Positions 12,458 to 22,158 of a stretch of 37,209 nucleotides of DNA are shown here, piece after piece (within the stretch, counting starts at the first letter, position 1; each line of letters starts with the position of its first letter). This DNA comes from Perkinsus olseni. Taxonomy: Eukaryota. Where the stretch lies: positions 1 through 37,209 of the forward strand of contig JABANN010000344.1 of NCBI GenBank assembly GCA_013115125.1. The letters run 5' to 3'. The translations under genes and the position numbers were made by a program. The notes under the pieces were generated by a model. The model did not search any database, was not told the origin of the DNA, and saw only the letters and a list, made by a program, of their open reading frames with translations.

Positions 12458-13961
12458 ATGATTCTGTCTGTGGCCTTTGCTCCCCTCCGGCGAAGTTCTG
12501 GGACCGTCCTCGGAACTGGCCGGGTGGTCAGGGTTCTCCGGATACGAGGTTTCGCCAGCAAGGGCACCTCTCGTGGCGAAAAGAAAAATTTTTACGACGT
12601 AGCATTGGCAGCTGTCTGACAATGCTGAGCTGGGGTGATCAGATCCTAGGAATTGAGCAGAAGGCGACTGGAGAGGAAGTAAAGGAGGCCTATCGAGAGA
12701 TGGCGAAAAAGTGGCATCCCGATCGGAACCCCGACGACCCTCTGGCTGCGGATAAGTTCAAGGAGGTCGGAGGTTCTCACCACGGCGGCGGCTGCGGTAC
12801 TACTGTTGGGGGTTTTAGGTTTGTGAGGCCTATGCCACCTTGGGTAATCAATGGAAGAGAACGATCTACGACCAGGACATGCAGTTCGGCGCGGCACTGG
12901 ACAGCCAGGCGAGTCCTTGTGAACCTCCATTCGCATACGCTGGTCATCTCGTGTTCGCCACTTCGGTTCGACTCGGCCTGAGCCGACGGGGATCCATCAA
13001 TTTCGTGGAATTAAGTATCTTTTATTCAAGCCAGCACTTCTGCAAGGGCGGCTCCGAACCGCTCAAGTGGCTCAGGCTTACAAACACGTTTCCTTCAGGC
13101 GAAAGGTGAGGACTGGAAGGAGCACTACAACAAGGAGACGCCGGAACAAAGAAACGCCCGACGAGAGAGATATCGGAGGTCCGCCACCGCTGACTCATCA
13201 GCCTGCGAGAGTACGCTCAGTGTAGGTACGCTAAGGGAGAACGGAATGATGTGCCCCAGGATGAGATGCCGTTGTCCATGATGATCAAGTTGCTCATCGC
13301 CGTACCAGTTGTAGTGTAAGCGAGGGGGATTCGGGAGTGGTTCATTTGTACGGCATTACCTCAGGTGGATCGGGTGCATCCTAGCGCCTGAGTTTGGTCC
13401 CGGCGAGAGGCCCTCGGAGCCATCCCGCAACGATCCTGGCTTTGACGATAAGTCAGTCCCACTCACACGAGCGTAGGTGTGGGAGTGTCGTGGGCGACTT
13501 CTCTGTCGCATGGCAACCTCACAGGTATTATAACCCGATACTGGAGAGATGGGAGAAGCTGAAGGGAGTTGAGGAGCCCCCTGATCCTGAAAAGTTCTAC
13601 GACGTACATCTTCGGGATAGCCCGGGCTCACCTTCTGTTTCGTGGCAAGACTTTCGTCTCCACGGCCCTTCGGGTTGTCGCACTGGGTCGTTACTTGGAA
13701 TTCTCTTGTTAGGTTTACGAGAAGAACAGCGCCTACGCTCGGCGGACGATAGATCGAGACTACTTACCGCAGAACAGGCTCACGGTTTTGGATGTCCCCA
13801 AGACGAAGGTTCATGAACCATCGGTTTCTGTCGACGGTAGGGGCGCTGGGGGCTACTGGAGGCTATCGGCTGTTGCCGTTTTAGATTCCGGAGAGGTGAC
13901 CCCGAATAACCGCAGCTTCTACGAAGGCTTGGCAGCAGTGGCGATAAAGGAGAATAAATAA
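12458..13961 (+). CDS. DnaJ (J-domain) protein with a likely mitochondrial presequence and a TM segment, multi-exon
   Basis: Arg-rich N-terminus, KKNFYD|ILGIEQKATGEEVKEAYREMAKKWHPDRNPDDPLAADKFKE with the HPD motif, and hydrophobic MMIKLLIAVPVVV. The 3' end is approximate. Confidence 0.85.
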
Positions 13962-14373
13962 TGCATTTAAGTTGACATAGTGTACATTGCAGAGCGAGAG
14001 CTCGGCAGCTGCTCATCATCATCATGTTGTGGGACGCCATCACGTTTCGGAATTCACGATGAGACTGGAGTTACTATGCTTCTCTTGAGCGGCATCCGAG
14101 TAGCTAGCCCTGTGAAGAAGCCGAGACAGGACAACGGACACCAGGGTTCTCCAGCCAACCGAGCCAGAAACTATGGATCCATCCTTGGATTGATTTGTAC
14201 GAGCCAGAAAGTATGCCAGGATCAATCCTGAGACTCGGCGAAGGCTTACACTGAAAATCGTCGTAGTCCCATGTCGCGGCGAGGCGGAGCGAAGCGATTC
14301 ACGTTCCAAAAAAAGCCACAAATGATGTACTTCATGTCTCAGTAGTTTCTCTGTTACTCTCTTCTCTATCTTC

Positions 14374-15252
14374 ATGAACCTCATATTATTCGAGGAATCC
14401 GAACTCGAGTACCCCTCGACGGCCTCGACGAGCGTAGAGGAGCCCGAGAAGGCTGCCACTGTCGCCTACGTCAGGCTGCCGGCATCAGACTCCCGGGCCA
14501 AGCACGTTCAGAAGGTCCTCAAGAGCGAGCCAGGCGATTGGATCAGAGCCGGGGTTATCGATGGCCCTCTCTGCTCGGTCATGATCGAGGAGAGCAGCGT
14601 CGAGTTGGGCGTGAGATTCCGAGTGGATTTCGGGGCTCCCATCCAAGGGGCCGGGGCAGAGGCAGGCGACATGGCCGACCCTGGGGTGGATCTTATCCTG
14701 TGCGCTCCACGGCCGAAGGTGATGGCCCGACTCTGGCCGACTATCGCTCAGCTCGGTGTGAAGAGGATCTGCATCATCACCGCCGAGAGAGTCGAGAAGG
14801 CCTTCTGGGCCACGCACGTGCTCCGACCGGAGTTCTACCGACCGTTGTTGTTGAAGGGCCTCGAACAAGCGAGCGTTGATACGACCCCTACCAAAGTTTC
14901 CGTGCATCCTAAGTCCTTCGAACGCTTCCTCAATGGTGAGCTGGAGAGGTCCTTCCCTGAGGACCGGTACTGCAGGCTGGTCTGCCACCCTTATGACGGT
15001 TGCAGTCAGCTGCACGAGGCTGTCGTGAAGTCCATCCGAACGGCCAACGACGGTGAAGCACCCAAGCGAGTGGTGCTGGCCTTGGGTCCCGAAGGCGGGT
15101 GGCTGGACTATGAGATCGACATGCTTCGGGAGAAGGGCTTTGAGTGCGTTACGACGATGCCAAGGATATTCAGCACGGACGTTGCCCTTACCTCACTGAT
15201 CTCTGTGGCGGCTGATGCTCGAAGATTTGCTCTCGAGCAGGAACGTGAATGA
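14374..15252 (+). CDS. rsmE: RsmE-family SPOUT RNA methyltransferase (16S rRNA m3U1498 type), intronless
   Basis: 292-aa ORF with HVQKVLK, IAQLGVKRI, LEQA, the VLALGPEGGW SPOUT knot motif and RIFSTDVA. Confidence 0.9.
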   Translation: MNLILFEESELEYPSTASTSVEEPEKAATVAYVRLPASDSRAKHVQKVLKSEPGDWIRAGVIDGPLCSVMIEESSVELGVRFRVDFGAPIQGAGAEAGDMADPGVDLILCAPRPKVMARLWPTIAQLGVKRICIITAERVEKAFWATHVLRPEFYRPLLLKGLEQASVDTTPTKVSVHPKSFERFLNGELERSFPEDRYCRLVCHPYDGCSQLHEAVVKSIRTANDGEAPKRVVLALGPEGGWLDYEIDMLREKGFECVTTMPRIFSTDVALTSLISVAADARRFALEQERE

Positions 15253-15295
15253 AATGTACTGTACTAGTGGATGACTGTTGGGTTATACATAGAGA

Positions 15296-15887
15296 TGGGA
15301 AGCTGTCTATCGCGGGAGCCGTCCGTTACCGGTGGTCGTCTGTCCCCGTTTTTGGTTAGGGCCTGTCCAGCGTTCTCTTGCCAGCATGAGCTCCCAAGGG
15401 TGTGGTTACTATTGGTTCAAGTCTCATCCGACCACTGATTGGTATGCCAGAGAGGTTATGAGAGGGACGGGGCAGAGACAGACGAGAGGAAGAGTAGTAA
15501 GGGTTGGGGGGGGGAGAGCGATTTCCATGGACATCTTGTCCGGCCTGCAAGTCCCTGGGCGCGTGGAGTAGATTCGACAGGCACCATCGAGGCATTTAAG
15601 GAGGAGCCGCAGTGTGGACGTTGGAGCAGTGGCACCGGCCGGCATTTACAGTGGCCATCCCGTGCCTTACGACGCCATCACTAAGTTCGGACTATCGTGT
15701 CCGAGGTACGGCCGATCAGGTTAGGCCGCAGGTTCTAACCCCGGCGCTGTCGTTTAGGTTTTGGCGCGCGGAGGAGCCCAGGTGTGTGGTAACCAGCCAT
15801 ACGTTGCCTCGTCGATGGATGAGTGTCAAATACAATGCTCCTGTTTGGGAGCCGAGAGTGGCTAGTCGGAATCATGAAAAAGTCTAA
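15296..15887 (+). CDS. Possible small spliced hypothetical gene (MGSCLS... start)
   Basis: ATG GGA AGC TGT start resembling a myristoylation/palmitoylation signal, and several GT-AG intron-like segments. Exon chain not resolved. Confidence 0.3.
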
Positions 15888-15969
15888 TGGTGTTCTTGTG
15901 CTTTCGTTGTGATCGAGTTGGAAGGGGAGCCCGATCGACTACCTGCTCCCGCAGCTGTTCCTTGGTCAA

Positions 15970-18347
15970 ATGCTTCGACGTAACGTACGGCTGAGGAAGG
16001 AGTATCTGTACAAGAAGGCTTTGGAAGAGAAAGAACGTGAGCCGCTCGGTTGGATCGACTGCCTTGGTTTCGGAAGTTGGTTGTTGTCAGGAACGACTCT
16101 CGAGAAGAAACGGAAGCTCAGGGATGCCTTGGAGCAGAACAAGTCTGTGCCAACTGAGCTCAGAGGAGATACTAAGCTGAGGACGACGCTTGACTTGGAG
16201 GATGATAGAACCAAGGTCATATCATTGGTGGTCTTTCTGTCGTAGGCCGTTGTAGTCCGCTTCGCTAAAGAAGTAGCGTCTCGGCCGCCTCCTGCCGTAC
16301 TGATCACGAGACTCCTGATGAGAATCCACTCATCTCTTTGATTGAAACAGTTTACAGCAAACGCAACCGGCGCGATTGCTTACTCAGCTCCGGTCTTGGG
16401 TGGCGATAGGCTCGAGTAACCATGCGCTATGGTGATAGGAAACTCATCATCGTACCGCCCCTGCACAGGCCGGTGCTTCGATCCGTCCAGGGCATTGATT
16501 CTAGGACGGCATCCTTGTACCCGCCTCGGTCTCATCAACGGTGAATGCATTATGTGTGCCTTCAACAGTGGGATGCTCGCGAACTTGTTCAGTCCGACAC
16601 ACGTCAATGTTATCCAGCATAACACTTGTCAACTCTATAACTATAGTTGGCCACTTTGTATATAGCAATACGTGTCAGGTTTCTGTATAATGATGCTTAC
16701 CAAATTTTTATGTATCGATACTCATTTATTTTGCTGTGAAGTACGACATCTGTTGGTTTTGTATGGTCCGACGCTTGCTGACTCAGTCAAGCAAAGTTCC
16801 TCTTTTCCTTGACCTCAGCGTTTTCGTCCGAACGTGTTGATGCGGTTTGACTGCCGGTTGTAGGTTCAAAGACTGGCCATCGATGACGAGTATCAATACC
16901 TCGGAGTTCGAGAGCCGAGGGTGCTAGTTACCACTAGTCGTAACCCGAGTTCGAGGTAGTAGGCCGAATGGCGGGTCTGTAGTAGCTGATGATGGTGGAT
17001 TAGGTTGGGGAAGTTTGTGAAGGAAGTGAGGCTGCTGATACCGAATAGTCAGCGTATTAACCGGGGCACCTACGTCATGAAGGATCTGGTCGACTTATGT
17101 AGGAAAAATGACATCACCGATATGGTAAGAAATCGCCGCTGTAACAGTTTGCGTTCACTTTCACCTGCAGGTTATCGTTCATGAGCACAGAGGCCAGCCA
17201 GATGGTCTTATCGTATCCCATTTGCCTTATGGGCCAACGGCTTACTTTGGCCTGTCGGACGTGGTAATAATACAGGCTTTCACTACATTCCAGGACGTCT
17301 CCTCATGCCACCTACATCACTATCACTAATTCTACTACCGTTCCGATGATATCTACTTCTGCTGCCACTATCGCTGCTGTTTCTGTGATATCTACTTCTG
17401 CTGTCACTATCGCGGCTGTTTCTGTGATATCTACTTNNNNNNNNNNNNNNNNNNNNNNNNNNNNNNNNNNNNNNNNNNNNNNNNNNNNNNNNNNNNNNNN
17501 NNNNNNNNNNNNNNNNNNNNNNNNNNNNNNNNNNTGCCACTATCGCTGCTGTTTCTGTGATATCTACTTCTGCTGTCACTATCGCGGCTGTTTCTGTGAT
17601 ATCTACTTCTGCTGTCACTATCGCGGCTGTTTCTGTGATATCTACTTCTGCTGCCACTATCGCTGCTGTTTCTATGATATCTACTGCTGCTACTATTGTT
17701 ACTGTCCGGATATCTGTTCTCTGCTCAGGTCCTGCGGCACGATCTTCCTGAGAAGCCACCGAATATGCCAGAGACGTACCCTCATTTGATCTTCCACAAT
17801 TTCGGTGGAAATATCGGTACTAGGTCTGAGGTCGTCAGGCTTGCTTGATCGCTCTCTGGTAAGGTACGCGTGTACAGACTATCCTTTCGGCACTGTTCCC
17901 ACCTTCAAAGCCTGACAGTAAGTTGTCCTACGGCGGGATGGAACCCTCGCGGACGAGTGGTATGTGGGTTTCTCGTAGGTACACGAGCAATCACTTTTGC
18001 CAATGATGGTGGTGACTGCATCGGCTTCCGTCACCACACCTTCGAGAAGCCCACGAAGGCTACTAAGAATCGAGCTGATGTGAATGCCGATGACGTGAAG
18101 CTGTACGAGCAGGTAATATATCCTACTCGTAAAGGCGGTCCACAGAGAACTGCATTCAGGGTCCACGGTTCAACATGCAGCTGTATCGCCTCGAGCTCGG
18201 CACGTTAGATATGCCTGATGTCAAGACTGAATGGGTGCTCAGGCCCCACTTCAATAAACAGCGATCGGTAGGCCTGCTGGGCCCGGTGGGAGACTAAGAA
18301 GTCTTTTTCCGTAGATACTTGCAGGGCAGGCTGTGGTGGAGGAGTGA
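15970..18347 (+). CDS. IMP4: U3 snoRNP protein IMP4 (Brix domain), multi-exon
   Basis: [81 protein letters not shown] and [19 protein letters not shown] all join through GT-AG introns. Confidence 0.95.
17347..17700. repeat. 39-bp tandem minisatellite inside an IMP4 intron (17264-17728), interrupted by an N gap (17437-17534)
   Basis: Unit tgatatctacttctgctgYcactatcgcKgctgtttctg is repeated on both sides of the gap. Confidence 0.95.
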
Positions 18348-18810
18348 GTAGCACCCTTCTGTCGGCTATACTGTCTATTGGTACTTATTCGCCAGACAAA
18401 CGTTTCTCTCTGGAGATTGGCGTGTTGGGTGTCGCAGTGCTCGGTCCTACTGAATGCGGCCACCGTATCTCGCTCACAAGCACACTGAAAAATGCCGCCG
18501 CCCTGAATCGAACCCGGGACCTCCGGAGTGAAAACGCGCCTGCCATATCGATCGATTGAAGCGAAAGTCCGACGCATCATCTGCTAGCACGGCGGCGGAA
18601 ATCCTCAGCTCTCGGCTGATCAGAGGATCCCAACTCGACCGCTGTCAGACGTGGATAAGGACGGCCGGAGCCTCAGTTCCGTTTTATAATTTTACCAAAA
18701 TTTTTTCTCCTGCCTCGGTGCCGACTTTCAACCTGCCTCCGCTGTCGGAGGGCCAGCAGCAAGACGTACAACCGCAGCAGCAGCAGCCGCCGCAGGCAAC
18801 GACGCTCACG

Positions 18811-19857
18811 ATGCCACCGGAAAGCCCACTCGATGTAGTATCTTGGGCGGACCTGTAGTATAATAATCTGGTCCGCTTCAGGGAGGGTACGAGCAGCTCC
18901 ATTTGGATCCGTTGTTCCCTGTCTTCCCATCGTCCATCCATACCGAAGAAATGCCGGTGATGGAGAGCCCCGTCCCGGTGCCGCTATTTCCGAACCCTGA
19001 GTTGATCCATGAAGCGGCCCGACTCTCTAACGAGGTGGATTTAATAGCGCTCACCACTGCCGGAAATGGCGGCTCCAGTAGCACCAGCCCGCGGTCTCGT
19101 GCTAGCTCAAGCAGTAAGGGCTCGTCTAAGACGAGGAGAGCGTCGAACAATAAGGGGAAGTGTGCTTACCCGCTCGGATGCAACAAGTACAGACAGAATG
19201 GTGAGTCCATACGGAGCAGTCACGCCTCGTTGTTAGGCATAATTCAATTCAGGGACACGGTTTTGCGTGAAGCACGGTGGGGTGCGGCGATGTGCGGTGC
19301 CAGGGTGTCCCAATGCTGCTAAGCGCGGTGACACTACTAAGGCTGTGTAAGCGCTCTGGCTAGACTGTAGCACTTCCCTCTTGTTGCCGGAGTACCCATT
19401 GTCTAGGTTCTGCATTCGTCACGGCGGCGGCAAGTCCTGTCGTGTGCCGGGTTGTGGAGTGTCCGCCAGAGGCTCCACGGGCTACTGCTACAAGCACCGG
19501 AAGCTGACTACTGCGAGGTCTCGAAAAGATTCGACAGCCTCGACCGCGTCGGGCTCTGGGTCTGAGGAATCTCTGGTTGATCAAGGCCTCCAGCTCTGTA
19601 CAATGAGCCCATCGGCGCCCTGTGATGCTTCTGGGGTGGATCTTCAAGTGCCCGGTTTGACGGCTTCCCATTTGGACTACCCCTATTGGGGCAGCTCATC
19701 AGCAGCTGGAGAGGGCGATCCAAATCTGGCATCTCTCAATTTCCTTGGCGTAAGCGACGAGAAGTGGACTTCCTTCGTGAAGCCTATGGAGCCGCTGCCG
19801 GAGCTGCTCACGAACCATATCGACCCAGATGCCCCTGGAAAGCTCAATCTTTTTTAA
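18811..19857 (+). CDS. WRKY19-like C-x4-C...C-x2-HGG zinc-finger repeat protein (paralog A), spliced
   Basis: KCAYPLGCNKYRQNG|TRFCVKHGGVRRCAVPGC...|FCIRHGGGKSCRVPGCGVSARGSTGYCYKH. The start is uncertain and may extend upstream into the Q-rich frame. Confidence 0.8.
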
Positions 19858-20498
19858 TCGTTCACTCTGCTGTCGTCCAGGTCTCGGATCAGGTCGACTG
19901 GAGAGGAGTAGTTTGTAGTTCCTCCTCACTGTTCTTTGTAATTCAACAAGTAGTTCTTCGAGTCCACCTCTAACGTATCGTGCTACCTTCTCTTGCGTCC
20001 TCACAAGACGTCTCTTGCTTTTCATCTTCAACGAGAAGTTCAAGTACAGGCGGCTCGTGTCACCGTCCAATCAGTCGTTATCAAGGGAGGGTGTCCAACT
20101 CAGTGTATTTCTCGAGCTATCGTGACGACCTCTGGAGCGGTCAGCGCCTGTCCATTGCGCATTTGTTTTGAGCGCAATAAAGTTGACTACAAGATTGGCT
20201 GATATACGCACGAGCGCCTCCCGGTACACTTATAGCCTCCCATCTCAATTCCTGATTTCAGTAATGCTTCACCCACTCTGTCCACGATACGCTTCCACTA
20301 CCACGACTACCACTATAACTGTCCTGTCGTTTCGGCCCTGTCGCTAATTCATTGGGCCATCCATAAGTAACGCTGTGTCTCGTTCTATCGGCTATGTTGC
20401 GTTGCGGAGTTGATAGCTCGGGAGCTCCGCACAAACTCCGCACAAACTCGTCTTTTTTTTCAGTTTCGTACGGCTATTGGTGGCCGTTTGTCGTGTTC

Positions 20499-21233
20499 AT
20501 GGCCTTTGAGGTGGTAGGCCCGGCGAAAAAAGGGGCAGAGAAACGATGGCGCTGTGCATTCTCTGGAGGGTGTCAAAAGTATCGCCAGAATGGTGAGTTC
20601 CGCTCTCGACCTTAATCAGTCTAATAGATCATCGCCCGCGGTGGCTTAGGCACTCGATTTTGCGTGCGACACGGCGGAGCGCGAGCCTGCGGATTTCCAG
20701 GATGCACGGCTACATCGAGGAAAGGAGGTGAGGGAAAGTAAGTCCACCCAGGGAGGCGCTTTAAGAGCGTTATAATGAAGCTCCGGTATAGGAGCGCGGA
20801 GCGGACGCTGATACATCGCCTCAGATATTGCATACGTCATGGTGGTGGGAGACGCTGTACCTATCCTGGCTGCCATACCGCGGCGAGAGGAAGAACTGGT
20901 TTCTGCTATAGACACAAGAAATGCAGCAAATCGTCAAATGGAATCGATAGCAGTGCCATAGCCAGTTCCGGCGGCGCGGATTCTCTGATTGCTCGTTTGC
21001 TCCGCGACATCGACCAGCCCACCTCGTACGAGCCTTCGGAGTCCTCCAGTGAGACCACCGATATCACCGTGGATTCACCCACTGCCAGGCAATCGAAACA
21101 ACAACTACAACAACAACCACAACAACAGCAGCAATCGCAACTCTTTTCCTCTGCCGTTGATTTGTACGACCAGTGTTGCTTCTCTAGCAGTTCTGCTAGG
21201 GCTTCGGCGGTTCCCATGGTCTATCATTTATAG
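20499..21233 (+). CDS. WRKY19-like zinc-finger repeat protein (paralog B), spliced
   Basis: RCAFSGGCQKYRQNG|TRFCVRHGGARACGFPGC...|YCIRHGGGRRCTYPGCHTAARGRTGFCYRH. Introns fall at positions equivalent to paralog A; poly-Q tail. Confidence 0.82.
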
Positions 21234-21535
21234 TCGCTCATCCGTTTCATTCGGGCTGTTCCGGACTGGCATTGCCAGTGGGGTGAAGCCTTCGACACGG
21301 TTCAAGGTCAGGTTTCGAAGTACAGTATTTGCGATGTAACGTCGCGCAATCTTTCCCCGACTAGCGTTTTCTCTCCGCTACCGTTCAATATCGTCCAAAG
21401 CTCAACCGTATTGGTTTTAGGATTTAGGCTTCAGTCTGATGTACCTCTCGAGAGTGTCGCGTTAGGAAAAACGTCAATTATTGACCCTGCTCCTTAGTGT
21501 ACCAGGGGAGACGGTAACGGTTACAGTGCGGATTA

Positions 21536-21594
21536 AGATTCCATGCAGCGGTTACCCCTGGTAACTTACCAGGGGTAACCGCTGCATGGAATCT
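21536..21594. repeat. Perfect palindrome, 29-bp arms, 1-nt centre
   Basis: agattccatgcagcggttacccctggtaa-c-ttaccaggggtaaccgctgcatggaatct. Confidence 0.97.
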
Positions 21595-21777
21595 AGTCTA
21601 TCCGCCATAGACGATTCACGAATATCTCAGAATTTTATATCTCCACACTGGAGGAGCTTTCGCGAGTCACGCTAGCTCACATTAGCAGCTGTATCCCAAA
21701 TTTAGTGCACTGCTACGGGTTCCATCATCTATTCTTGGCATGGTTATCACCTTGAGTGATAGTCAGCCTGGCTAAGT

Positions 21778-21824
21778 CAGGTGATACACCTATTCTTACT
21801 GAGTAAGAATAGGTGTATCACCTG
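21778..21824. repeat. Perfect palindrome, 23-bp arms, 1-nt centre
   Basis: caggtgatacacctattcttact-g-agtaagaataggtgtatcacctg. Confidence 0.97.
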
Positions 21825-22158
21825 TCTTCGACCGTTGGCCACCGTAGTGATACCGGAGATGGTTCGAGACTCGGATCCACTCGGATTCCGAGTGAGTCTC
21901 ACGCCGGCTGAGACGACGAATAGGCCGACTGAGTCCCTTTTTCGTCAGCGAGTCACTAGGCATTTGAGGCAACCTACTGTCGTCCGTCTGTTGCGACTCT
22001 CTGCCTGTGAGCAGCTTGTTGACTTTTCCGGTGTGCTATCTCTCAGCTAGAAACTAACAGCTACTCCAAGCCATACCAACAGTTAGCACTTTCTCACGAA
22101 ATCCAGCGGCAACGAACCGGTGAGTCTGAGCAGCGTAGTCATGTGGCCCTATGTTTCC

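Noticed and set aside
184-15015. Many short ORFs antisense to or overlapping the transporters, F-box, Tim44 and RsmE genes
   Set aside because: Shadow frames of real coding sequence with no recognisable motifs.
17283-17789. Repeat-rich ORFs across the N gap as real genes
   Set aside because: They are by-products of a 39-bp intronic minisatellite; IMP4 exons join in frame around it.
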